Origin: an uncultured Bacteroides sp.
Lineage (GTDB): Bacteria > Bacteroidota > Bacteroidia > Bacteroidales > Muribaculaceae
Reading direction: 5' to 3'
Assembly (NCBI GenBank): GCA_964433215.1
Contig: CAYSQI010000002.1
Coordinates: 66,496 to 130,495, forward strand
DNA: 64,000 nucleotides
Shown here: positions 39,271 to 48,141 of the stretch, piece by piece
Position numbering within the stretch: the first letter of the stretch is position 1
How the letters are laid out: every line of letters starts with the position of its first letter
Made by a program: the position numbers and the translations under genes
The notes under the pieces: generated by a model
What the model was told of the DNA's origin: nothing
The model's database searches: none
The model's input: the letters and a program-made list of their open reading frames with translations, nothing else

Positions 39271-40749
39271 TTATTCTGATTTCTTTTTCCAGCCGCGCGA
39301 GCGCATGATGGGGCCTTCCTGAGGCTTGAGCGAGGGCTGCTTGCCTACGAGCATTTTCAGCGCATGAGGGTTGCGTCGCTTAGCCAGCGGATTTTCGGGG
39401 TCGGCTTCTTGGATAGGCGCGTTCGCTGCACGGTCGTCGAAACGGCGGCCTTTGGTTCGCTCGGTGTAGCGGTCGTCGCCGGCGCGTTCGTTGAAACGGC
39501 CTTTGCGTTCGCCGGGTCGACGGCTTTTGCGTTCGTCGCGGCTGTCGCTCTTGGCGCGTTCGGCCGGGCCGTTGCCAATCTTGCCACCTGCGCGGACGAA
39601 GCTCTTGCGGTCGCCTTCGAAGATGACGTACTCGCGGAGCGAGCACTCCAGGGCGCCGTTGTAGAGCGGCAGCTTCTGACTGGGAGCGAGGCCTATGCGG
39701 GCGAAGTATTCGTCGCGGTAGCCGATAATCCAAGCGTGGTAGCCGGTGAATACGTGTTTGAGTTTCGAGCCGATGGTCTGGTACAAGGCGTCCATGTCGG
39801 GAGCGCTGATGCGTTCGCCGTAGGGCGGATTGGTCACCATGACGCCGGCGGGTTGCGGAGCTTCGGTCCAGGTGGAGATTGCGCGGCACTGCAGGTCGAT
39901 GTACTTGCCTACGCCGGCGCTTTTTATATTCTCAGATGCAATTTTTATAGCTTTCGGCGAGATGTCGGCGCCGAATATTTTGAAGTTGACTTCGCGTTCG
40001 CCGCTGTCGTCGTTGTAGAGGCGGTCGAAGAGGTCGGCGTCGAAGTCCTTCCAGCGTTCGAAGGCAAAGCCACGGCGGTAGATGCCGGGGTTGATGTTGG
40101 CGGCAATCAGAGCGGCTTCAATCAGGAAAGTGCCCGAACCGCACATGGGGTCGACCAAGGGACAATCGCCGCGCCAGCCGCTGAGCAATATGATGCCGGC
40201 GGCAAGCACCTCGTTGATAGGCGCTTCGGTTTGCGCTACGCGGTAGCCGCGCTTGTGCAGCGATTCGCCCGACGAGTCGAGCGACAGGGTCACGTTTGTG
40301 CCGTTGATGTGTACGTTGATCATCACGTCGGCATCGACCAAGCGTACACCGGGGCGCTTGTCTTCGCCGAAGCGATCCTTGAACCAATCGACGATGGCGT
40401 CCTTTACTTTATATGTGACAAATCGCGAGTGGCTGAATTCATCGCTGTTGGTCACTGTGTCGATGGCAAAAGTTTTGTCAATCGACAGCATTGACCCCCA
40501 GTCGAATTCTTTCACCATCTCGTACAGGCGCTCGGGGTCGCGCGCCTTGAATTTGTAGAATGGTTTGAGAATGCGCAGGGCGGTGCGGCATGAGAGGTTT
40601 GCCTTGTACAGGGTGGCAAGGTCGCCTTCAAATGACACCATGCGCCTGCCGGCCTGTATGTTCGTAGCGCCGAGTGCGCGGAGCTCTTCGGCCAGTACGC
40701 CTTCGAGTCCGGCGAAGGTTTTGGCCACCATTTCAAACTGATTGTCCAT
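39271..40749 (-). CDS. THUMP-domain class I SAM-dependent RNA methyltransferase (RlmL-like) with a charged low-complexity tail
   Basis: SLDSSGESLHKRGYR, APINEVLAAG, DPMCGSGT, NPPYGER. Confidence 0.9.
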   Translation of the reverse strand: MDNQFEMVAKTFAGLEGVLAEELRALGATNIQAGRRMVSFEGDLATLYKANLSCRTALRILKPFYKFKARDPERLYEMVKEFDWGSMLSIDKTFAIDTVTNSDEFSHSRFVTYKVKDAIVDWFKDRFGEDKRPGVRLVDADVMINVHINGTNVTLSLDSSGESLHKRGYRVAQTEAPINEVLAAGIILLSGWRGDCPLVDPMCGSGTFLIEAALIAANINPGIYRRGFAFERWKDFDADLFDRLYNDDSGEREVNFKIFGADISPKAIKIASENIKSAGVGKYIDLQCRAISTWTEAPQPAGVMVTNPPYGERISAPDMDALYQTIGSKLKHVFTGYHAWIIGYRDEYFARIGLAPSQKLPLYNGALECSLREYVIFEGDRKSFVRAGGKIGNGPAERAKSDSRDERKSRRPGERKGRFNERAGDDRYTERTKGRRFDDRAANAPIQEADPENPLAKRRNPHALKMLVGKQPSLKPQEGPIMRSRGWKKKSE

Positions 40750-40853
40750 ATCTGTCGATTTTCGCTTTCTTAATTATGTTGCAAAGGTAGCAATTTTAAT
40801 GCGATTATCGTGCGTCGTCGGCGCTTATTTGCGCATGCTCTGCCGAAAAACAT

Positions 40854-40893
40854 AAAAAAAAGAACGCGGCGACTCTCCCGAGCGGCCGCGTTC
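40854..40893 (-). terminator. Intrinsic terminator of the endonuclease gene
   Basis: GAACGCGGC...GCCGCGTTC stem with an 8-A tract on the plus strand. Confidence 0.78.
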
Positions 40894-40937
40894 CTACCTA
40901 TGATTCACTTATGTGATCTGAAATATCGTTTTCGACG

Positions 40938-43328
40938 TTATTTAACGAGTACTCGGCGCGCGAAGTCGTCGACCGACACTACGTATAGGCCGGGCGCCAG
41001 ATCCAAAGTCGTCTCGCCGACACCGACTTGAGCGGCGAATATGGTTGACCCGTCGAGACTGTAGACGCTGGCCATGACGGTCTCATCGGCTTCGATTACG
41101 AGCTTGCCGTCGCGGCAGAAGGCATCCCAGCGGTGGTAGTCGGCCACGGCGTCGGGTACGAGGTTTGAGTACTTGGTGGCGCTGATTTCGTCGACCAAGA
41201 AGCGCTTGCCCGAGGTCTGGCGCACGCGCAGACGTGCATTGCCGGCTACGTTGACTGTGAATTTCTGCTCGGTGTAGGTCGTCGAGCTGACGGTGCCGGT
41301 GCCGGCGCTCTGCCATGTCGTGCCGCCATCGGTCGAATATTCGAGCTCGTATTTAGCTTCGCCATCATTATTCCAGGCTGCGGTCCAGAGGCTTACGGTG
41401 CCGAAGCCGCTGTTGTGATCTTCAATTGCGGTGATTACTGATGAGGCTGACTTGCCCATGCGCACGGCTTGGTTGCCCATGTAGGCCTTGTCGTCCGGCC
41501 AGATGCCTGCGTCGTTCATTTCCCACTTGCAAGCTGAGCCTGTGTATGTGTGGTTATTATAAGTGCTGGCTGTGGCATTGACCGGTTCGAAATCTTCGTG
41601 GAAAGCAATGCCGGCCGATACTTCGGCTTCAGCTTCTGCATCGTCATTGAAATAATCACCGGCGGTTGCTACTATCGAGGTCTGGAAGTGTCCGACATTT
41701 GCCGAGTTGACGCGTAGGTACAGGCGGTCTTCTTCGGGGTCGAGGCTGATGCTGTCGCACCACGTCGACTTGTCGGTCGAGAGTTCGAAAGGCTTGGTTA
41801 CATTGACGTTCAATGCTTGGTCAATGTTTTCGATGAATACGAGTATCTCGGCTGCTTCCGAGGGTTCGCCCGGCTCGGCGGTGAAGTAGAGTTCGCCGTC
41901 GAAAAGGAATGTTACGCGAGGCTGCGGCTCGGCGGTGGTGACGGATACCACTTCCGATTGCAGGCGCTGCGAGCTGATGGTGTAGGTGTATGTGGTCTCG
42001 GCATCAAGGTCTTCAACCAGGAAAGCCTCGTCTGCTGCATCGACCGACATGGGATAGCCGTCGAGTGATTCGCCATTGAGGCATACGTTGAGCGTGTATT
42101 GTCCGTTAGTGTCGGCATCGCCTACGTTGCTCCATGTGGCTACGAACGAGCGGTCGTCGTAGGTGGTGACGGGGCCGACCGGTAGTGTGCTGATGGCTGT
42201 GCCTTTGAGGCTGACGCGCGAAGTCAGGCTGCCCGATGTCACGGTCAGCGTGGCGTTGTGGGTGCCGGCTACAGTCGGATTGTAAGTTATGGTGGCGGTG
42301 GCACCGCTATGAGCCGAGGCCTTGGTTATTGTCGTAGGTGATACGCTAAATGCAGCGTTGTCGACACTCAGTGTGACGTCGCTTTCGAGGGCAGCGCCGA
42401 GAACTTTTAGCGATACTGCGCGTGAATATCCGGCTACGGTAGTGCCTAAGTCAAGCGTCGATCCGTCGATTGGCTGGTTGAGGGTAGGCTCGCTGACGCC
42501 GCCGGGAGTCCATCCCATGCCTTGCTTGTCGCCCCAAATGTATTCGGCGAGTTCAGGATAGTCGATGAACGGGTTGCGGTTCGACTGATTTTTTGCTACG
42601 GCATCGTTGCGATTGATTTCTTTGTCGCTCACGGGGTCCTGACGGTGCCACTTGAGCAGCAGATTGATGGCCCAGGTCGTGAACGCCGGGTAGTTGTTTT
42701 TAGCCAACATCGGACTGCTCCACGAGCCGATTTGCGAGTAGTAGGCAGCAGCCATGTAGAAATATGAACGCGCGAAGTCGCCTTTGTATTCATCGTCGGG
42801 TTCGAAAACCTTGCCGGAATAGCCCGAGAAAGTAGAAGTGCCGAGCTTGCCAAGGGGCTTCACGCTGCCGTTGGCGGGCAGATATGTGCCGTTGGCGCAC
42901 TCGCCGAAGGGGTAGTTGCTGCGCTGGCCGTTGACTTTGCCGTCGGTCGGATATATATGATATGCGTCTGAGACCATCGGCGAAGCATCGTCAAACCAGC
43001 TTTTCGGGAAGGAGTGCTCGCGGTTGTAGCAGCTACCTACGTTCGTGTATGTGCCGCATTGGTCGGTCTTGTATTTATATTTGCTGGTCGAATACATGTC
43101 CCAGATGGTGCCGTCGGCGCGAGTGTCTGTTGTTTTATAGAGAGTCCACAGTCCTTTGTAGCTGAGTACCTTCGGATTACCTACGACGTTGTATAGGGCC
43201 GAAAGTAGCGCTTGTCCGCTTTTACCTTCGCAGTTACTGTAATAGCCTGCCGGGGCAGCTGCATACGCGGCGATGGCGCTGCACAATGTGGCGAGGAGGA
43301 GGAATGCACTTTTTTTTAGAAAGTTCAT
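40938..43328 (-). CDS. Secreted endonuclease I-family nuclease with Ig/Fn3-like accessory domains and a T9SS-like C-terminus
   Basis: Signal peptide; YNREHSFPKSW, SDAYHIYPTDGKVNGQRSNYPFG, FEPDDEYKGDFARSYFYM, WHRQDPV...RN; C-terminus VYSLDG...LAPGLYVV...RVLVK. Confidence 0.88.
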   Translation of the reverse strand: MNFLKKSAFLLLATLCSAIAAYAAAPAGYYSNCEGKSGQALLSALYNVVGNPKVLSYKGLWTLYKTTDTRADGTIWDMYSTSKYKYKTDQCGTYTNVGSCYNREHSFPKSWFDDASPMVSDAYHIYPTDGKVNGQRSNYPFGECANGTYLPANGSVKPLGKLGTSTFSGYSGKVFEPDDEYKGDFARSYFYMAAAYYSQIGSWSSPMLAKNNYPAFTTWAINLLLKWHRQDPVSDKEINRNDAVAKNQSNRNPFIDYPELAEYIWGDKQGMGWTPGGVSEPTLNQPIDGSTLDLGTTVAGYSRAVSLKVLGAALESDVTLSVDNAAFSVSPTTITKASAHSGATATITYNPTVAGTHNATLTVTSGSLTSRVSLKGTAISTLPVGPVTTYDDRSFVATWSNVGDADTNGQYTLNVCLNGESLDGYPMSVDAADEAFLVEDLDAETTYTYTISSQRLQSEVVSVTTAEPQPRVTFLFDGELYFTAEPGEPSEAAEILVFIENIDQALNVNVTKPFELSTDKSTWCDSISLDPEEDRLYLRVNSANVGHFQTSIVATAGDYFNDDAEAEAEVSAGIAFHEDFEPVNATASTYNNHTYTGSACKWEMNDAGIWPDDKAYMGNQAVRMGKSASSVITAIEDHNSGFGTVSLWTAAWNNDGEAKYELEYSTDGGTTWQSAGTGTVSSTTYTEQKFTVNVAGNARLRVRQTSGKRFLVDEISATKYSNLVPDAVADYHRWDAFCRDGKLVIEADETVMASVYSLDGSTIFAAQVGVGETTLDLAPGLYVVSVDDFARRVLVK

Positions 43329-43532
43329 GTCGCTGGGTTTAAAGTATTTTTTCAGGATTTTCGAAAACGGATGTCAAAATTACTGCAAAAATCCCATTTA
43401 TCAAATATGTACATTCCTTTTTTATGAGGAATTTGTCGTTTTTGGCGAATTATTGATAAAAGTTGATAAAGTTTCGATAAAAAATTTGTGGAATTAGAAA
43501 TCTTTGCGTACCTTTGCAGTCGCTAAACCCAG

Positions 43533-43603
43533 GGTTCCTTGGCCGAGTGGTTAGGCAACGGTCTGCAAAACCGTGCACAGCAGTTCGATTCTGCTAGGAA
43601 CCT
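43533..43603 (+). tRNA. tRNA-Cys (GCA)
   Basis: Acceptor stem GGTTCCT/AGGAACC with U discriminator, D-loop GAGTGG, anticodon arm ACGGT-CTGCAAA-ACCGT, T-loop TTCGATT; CCA not encoded; upstream TACCTTTG promoter motif. Confidence 0.95.
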
Positions 43604-43611
43604 CAACAACG

Positions 43612-43646
43612 AAGCGCATCAGTCATCCGGCCGATGCGCTTTTTTT
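43612..43646 (+). terminator. Intrinsic terminator after tRNA-Cys
   Basis: AAGCGCATC...GATGCGCTT followed by a T run. Confidence 0.85.
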
Positions 43647-43710
43647 GGGTCGGTTGCGTAAAACAGAGGTGCTTCAGGGTCAGCGGATGCGTGAACCCCA
43701 CAGTGGTTGG

Positions 43711-44709
43711 TTATGATTTTATGCTTTCGAGACGCTTCCTTTCTGCTTCGAAGGCTTCGAGGAAGTGAAATTCGACCGGGGATAGCTGGTGTTGGGCGCG
43801 TTCACGGAATTTGTCGTATTCATCATTGGCTTTCAGTTTGGCAACTTCGGCTGACACGCTTCCCGCATGGTTCAATAATTCCTTTCCCGACAGCTTCAAG
43901 AAATCGTCGAGCTTCTGAATCCAGTCTTTCATATACATCGGAATATGACTTTTAGCTTGGAGTTCGGCAAAATCGAGGTATAGATTGACAATACGGTTCA
44001 GCATATCGACTTCCTCTTCCGAAAGGTAGTTCTTGGCAATCTCAGCTTCTTGTTTTGAAGGCATGGCTCCTCGCCACGAAGTTAAACCCATAAAATCTTT
44101 TTCGGCATTGGCTCGATCATAGATTACCTCTGCGGCTGTATGTCCGTGAGCGGCAAAGTGCATCTTGTTCTGAACCGTTTTGAAGAACTGTTGGGTTATG
44201 GATGTGCGAGGGTCATAGTCTATGCTGAGGGCGTATATTTCCAATACCTTGCGGTAGAACACCTTTTCAGAACTGCGTATGTCTCGGATGCGAGCCAACA
44301 ATTCGTCAAAATAATTTCCTTGTCCGGCGTTTTTAAGTAAATCGTCATTGAGAACGAACCCCTTAATCATGTACTCTTTCAGTACCTGAGTGGCCCACTG
44401 ACGGAACTGCACGCCACGATGAGAATTGACACGATACCCCACGCTGATAATCATGTCAAGGTTATAATATGAGACTATATAGGTTTTTCCATCAGAGGCA
44501 GTTGTTGCATTTTCTGCAACAACTGAATTTCGCTGTAATTCACCACTTTTAATTACGTTTTTAATATGTCGTGAAATGGTTGATTTGTCGCGCTGAAACA
44601 ATTCAGCCATCTGGTCAGCCGTGAGCCACACAGTCTCATTAGAGAGCCGAACTTCAATCTTCGTCTCTCCGTCTTGTGTCTTAAATAATATAATCTGTCC
44701 GTTATCCAT
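43711..44709 (-). CDS. RhuM-family (virulence RhuM-like) protein
   Basis: ETVWLTADQMAELF, YYNLDMIISVGYRVNS.RG.QFRQWAT, IRDIRSSEKVFY, VQNKMH.A..G.TAAE. Confidence 0.9.
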   Translation of the reverse strand: MDNGQIILFKTQDGETKIEVRLSNETVWLTADQMAELFQRDKSTISRHIKNVIKSGELQRNSVVAENATTASDGKTYIVSYYNLDMIISVGYRVNSHRGVQFRQWATQVLKEYMIKGFVLNDDLLKNAGQGNYFDELLARIRDIRSSEKVFYRKVLEIYALSIDYDPRTSITQQFFKTVQNKMHFAAHGHTAAEVIYDRANAEKDFMGLTSWRGAMPSKQEAEIAKNYLSEEEVDMLNRIVNLYLDFAELQAKSHIPMYMKDWIQKLDDFLKLSGKELLNHAGSVSAEVAKLKANDEYDKFRERAQHQLSPVEFHFLEAFEAERKRLESIKS

Positions 44710-44778
44710 TTACAAATCGTATAATCTATTATTGTGAGAATCCGACCGTTAATCGTAAATAAATTAAACGTATGAAAG

Positions 44779-44908
44779 AAACTATGTTTTTGAAATCAGT
44801 GTAGCAAAGTTACTGATTATTACACTAATCCCCAAATTTTAATCAGCATAGTCGGTTCACATTTTCATTGGTCGAGAAATATTATTTATCGTAGTATGGA
44901 ATTTTTTT
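44779..44908 (-). repeat. Duplicated promoter/leader block (second copy at 46539-46769)
   Basis: AAACTATGTTTTTGAAA.CAGTGT.GCAAAGTTACTGA...CACTAATCCCCAAATTTTAATCAGCATAGTCGGTTC...GGTCGAGAAAT...GTATGGAATTTTTTT occurs at both sites and includes the TAACTTTG promoter motif. Confidence 0.9.
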
Positions 44909-44938
44909 GCACTTTTTTGAGGCTTTTTTCCTAAAGTC

Positions 44939-45082
44939 AAAGTCGAAACGCAATTAACCCAAGAGGGAAACCGTATCTCAAAGCAGACTATCTACAACTA
45001 CATACATGCCGATACAAGTAGAAAATTACTTGCAAACACCCGACACAAAGGCAAGTATAATCGCAAACATAGAACCAAGTAA
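44939..45082 (+). pseudogene. IS30-family transposase remnant
   Basis: My translation: KVETQLTQEGNRISKQTIYNYIHADTSRKLLANTRHKGKYNRKHRTK*, resembling the IS30 (I/V)S.ETIY.YI..D...L...LRH segment; no start codon, no DDE domain. Confidence 0.6.
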
Positions 45083-45203
45083 ATGTATCAAGACACATCA
45101 GATGCGAGAGCCGGAGAGTAGTAATCGGCGCTTGGTGTGACCGCAATAGCCTGATATGCGCTGATGCCAACTCGAGAGGGTAAAGCCGTTCACCTGAATG
45201 CCC

Positions 45204-46538
45204 TTATCTCAAAAATATGGACATGTATGCCGGTAAGTAAACGATATTCTCATCCTTACGAAGGTCTTTGGTATAAATTAAGTATCGACTGCTAATGCGA
45301 GATGAAAATTTTTCGCAGAAAGCGTCAAGGGATGCGTGAGTCTTGTATCCTGAAGACTTTACCTCAATGGGGATAATCTTTGCTCCATCAGAAAGCAGAA
45401 AATCTATTTCGTATAGATGATTGCTTCTAGGCGAAGGAAATGTGTAATAATAAAGTTCATGTCCGGCAGCCTTCAGCATTTGCGCAATGATATTTTCAAA
45501 AACGTAGCCAAGATCCGCGCTCAATTTATCAGACAACAATTTTTCGTATATGAGATTGTCTGTGAACTTTTTATCCCAAAACGCAAGAGTTACAAACAAC
45601 CCTGTGTCACAGATGAACATTTTGTAACGGTCCGAATCGCGATGAAGTGCCATTCCGACATTTGGGTCATTTGCATGATATGCAAGATTAACAACCATCG
45701 AATCGCTCATATCAAAAATGGTTTCGGCTAATCGAGATTGGCGTCCACCATCAGAGGCCGCTTTAACTGTGTATCGAGAGGCATTTCGTGTTAATTCAGA
45801 CGGAATGGCATGAAACAAACGCGAGGCATTTCCGGACGGATCAATCTTCATAAAGTCATTTTCGTAAAGACGAATAATTTGACGCTTTACAGTATCAACC
45901 TTATTCATGTTATTTGTTTCCAAATATGTGTTTACAGCCTGTGGCATTCCGCCAATGAGCATATACAATCTGAACTGACGCATAAGATTACGATTCGCCT
46001 CATCTCCAAGACTACGTTTGCGATCAAAGAAAAATTTAAGGTTGGGAATAGTCGTTTCATCTCCGGTAGCCCATAGGAATTCTTCGTAATCAAGAGGGTT
46101 AAGGGTTACTTCGTGCTCTTCACTTGGGATAATAATTCCTTTTACATTTTGTCTGATAGACAATAAAGAGCCGGTTTCGATATAATCATATCGGCCATCT
46201 TCAATTAGATATTTTATGGCTTGACGAGCATTCGGACATTTTTGAACTTCATCAAAAACTATAACAGATTTGCGCACATTAAGGTCGCATTTGAATATCA
46301 TTTGCAAGCGCATAAATATGTAGTCAAGGTCGGAAATATCGTCAAAAAGATCACGAACCTCTTTTTTACACTTAGCAAAATCTATAATAATGGCTGATTC
46401 ATACTCCTGTTCAGCAAATAGCTTGGCAATGGTTGACTTACCAACACGTCTCGCGCCTTTTATAAGCAAAGCTGTCGCTCCATTGCTTTCAGACTTCCAT
46501 TGAAGCATTTCTGAATAGATTTTTCTCTTGAATACCAT
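45204..46538 (-). CDS. Second AAA_14 ATPase with DUF4143 / PD-(D/E)XK-like C-terminus
   Basis: Walker A IKGARRVGKST, Walker B VFDEVQ, ETGSLL, C-terminal EIDFLL...PIEVKS. Confidence 0.9.
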   Translation of the reverse strand: MVFKRKIYSEMLQWKSESNGATALLIKGARRVGKSTIAKLFAEQEYESAIIIDFAKCKKEVRDLFDDISDLDYIFMRLQMIFKCDLNVRKSVIVFDEVQKCPNARQAIKYLIEDGRYDYIETGSLLSIRQNVKGIIIPSEEHEVTLNPLDYEEFLWATGDETTIPNLKFFFDRKRSLGDEANRNLMRQFRLYMLIGGMPQAVNTYLETNNMNKVDTVKRQIIRLYENDFMKIDPSGNASRLFHAIPSELTRNASRYTVKAASDGGRQSRLAETIFDMSDSMVVNLAYHANDPNVGMALHRDSDRYKMFICDTGLFVTLAFWDKKFTDNLIYEKLLSDKLSADLGYVFENIIAQMLKAAGHELYYYTFPSPRSNHLYEIDFLLSDGAKIIPIEVKSSGYKTHASLDAFCEKFSSRISSRYLIYTKDLRKDENIVYLPAYMSIFLR

Positions 46539-46581
46539 AAACTATGTTTTTTGAAACCAGTGTGGCAAAGTTACTGAGTAT

Positions 46582-46700
46582 AACGCTGATTTCCAAATTT
46601 ATGATGAGGTTTTTTGGCACTAATCCCCAAATTTATAATATGGTTTTTGGCACTAATCCCCAAATTTTAGATGAGATATCTGGCACTAATCCCCAAATTT
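46582..46700. repeat. Array with 33-bp period (19-bp core GGCACTAATCCCCAAATTT + 14-bp spacer); three exact cores and one degenerate
   Basis: Cores at 46616, 46649, 46682; degenerate AACGCTGATTTCCAAATTT at 46582 next to the minus-strand TAACTTTG promoter motif (46566-46573). Confidence 0.93.
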
Positions 46701-46840
46701 TAATCAGCATAGTCGGTTCGCATTTTTATCGGTCGAGAAATTTTTGCTATCAGTGGTATGGAATTTTTTTAGCGTCGGTTGTTTATATGTTGGTAATTAT
46801 TTTCAACCGTTTTTTTTACGTTGGACTAAAAAAATCAGTA

Positions 46841-47084
46841 AATTTGCGGACGGATCAATTGCCTTCGGCACCGTGCACCGGTCTTCGACCGACGTTCACT
46901 ATTGACCGACACGCTAATTAGAGAATTTGCGGTCGGATCAATTGCCTACGGCACCGTGCACCGGTCTACGACCGACGTTCACTATTGACCGACGCGCTAA
47001 TTAGAGAATTTGCGGACGGATCAATTGCCTACGGCATCGTGCACCGGTCTTCGACCGACGTTCGCTATTGACAGACACGCTAAT
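46841..47084 (+). repeat. Three tandem copies of an 83-bp palindrome-rich unit
   Basis: Units start at 46841, 46924 and 47007; copies 1 and 2 differ at 4 positions; internal hairpins TGCC-T(T/A)C-GGCA and CGGTC-T(T/A)C-GACCG. Confidence 0.97.
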
Positions 47085-47114
47085 AAAATTATTCAGATCT
47101 AAATACAGACGGAA

Positions 47115-48119
47115 ATGATACCACCGATTTATTCACCTGCTGAAAACCGCTATGAAAATGGTATGCACTATCGCCGTAGCGGCCGTAGCGGCATACTTTT
47201 GCCCGAAATTTCGCTCGGGTTGTGGCACAACTTTGGCGACGTAGACTTGCTGTCGAACTCGCTCAAAAAAGCTCACTACGCCTTCGACCATGGCATTACA
47301 CACTTCGATTTAGCCAACAACTATGGCCCCAGCTACGGCTCGGCCGAGGAAACGTTTGGCTTGATTATGGAGAAATCGTTCCGTCCCTATCGCGACGAAT
47401 TGTTCATCTCCACGAAAGCCGGACACGATATGTGGCCCGGCCCCTACGGAGAGTGGGGCTCGCGTAAGTATCTCTTTGCGAGCCTCGAACAGAGTCTGAA
47501 GCGTATGAAACTCGACTATGTCGATATCTTCTATTCGCACCGCTACGACCCCGACACGCCGCTCGAAGAGACGCTGCAGGCTCTTGTCGACATTGTGCGC
47601 CAAGGCAAGGCTCTATATGTAGGCATCTCGAAATATCCTAAGGATGCAGCAGAGTTTGCGTATAAATATCTGGCCGATAGTAAAGTGCCGTGTCTGTTAT
47701 ATCAGGGACGCTATAATATCTTAAATCGCGATCCTGAAGAGGAAGGTATCTTGGCCGGTGCGAAAGCTGCCGGTTCCGGTTTTATAGCTTTCTCGCCGTT
47801 GGCCCAAGGATTGCTCACCGACCGCTATCTCAACGGCATTCCGGCTGACTCGCGTGTGGCTCGCGGCGGTTACTTGAAAAAAGAACAACTCACAGAAGAA
47901 ACGCTCAGCAAGGTTCGTCGACTCGACGAGGTGGCTCGCCGCCGTGGGCAGACGCTGGCCGAAATGGCTCTCGCCTGGCTGCTCAAGGACGACCTCGTCA
48001 CGAGTGTAATTGTCGGCGCCAGCTCTGTCGAGCAAATCGAACGCAACCTCAAGGCTGTCAAAAATACGACTTTCTCAGCCGAGGAGTTGGCTGAAATCGA
48101 CAGCATCAGCAAGTCCTGA
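47115..48119 (+). CDS. Aldo/keto reductase (YghZ/MgrA-like)
   Basis: ISLGLWHNFG, HFDLANNYGP..GSAE, ISTKAG, DYVDIFYSHR, GKALYVGIS, FSPLAQGLLT. Confidence 0.93.
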   Translation: MIPPIYSPAENRYENGMHYRRSGRSGILLPEISLGLWHNFGDVDLLSNSLKKAHYAFDHGITHFDLANNYGPSYGSAEETFGLIMEKSFRPYRDELFISTKAGHDMWPGPYGEWGSRKYLFASLEQSLKRMKLDYVDIFYSHRYDPDTPLEETLQALVDIVRQGKALYVGISKYPKDAAEFAYKYLADSKVPCLLYQGRYNILNRDPEEEGILAGAKAAGSGFIAFSPLAQGLLTDRYLNGIPADSRVARGGYLKKEQLTEETLSKVRRLDEVARRRGQTLAEMALAWLLKDDLVTSVIVGASSVEQIERNLKAVKNTTFSAEELAEIDSISKS

Positions 48120-48141
48120 TTTCTGCAATCGTCAAAAGAAA

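Noticed and set aside
46615-46700. TGGCAC in the array cores as sigma-54 -24 elements, given rpoN in the window
   Set aside because: The required TTGC at -12 is absent (TGGCAC-TAATC-CCCA) and the orientation is opposite to the ATPase gene
46841-47084. 83-bp tandem repeat as a CRISPR array, type III antitoxin RNA or canonical attC array
   Set aside because: No unique spacers; the unit is much longer than ToxI/AbiQ repeats and the downstream gene is an aldo/keto reductase; no RYYYAAC...GTTRRRY boxes and no integrase
43590-47114. attL/attR duplication of the tRNA-Cys 3' end defining an intact integrative element
   Set aside because: I found no second copy of TTCTGCTAGGAACC and no integrase in the window
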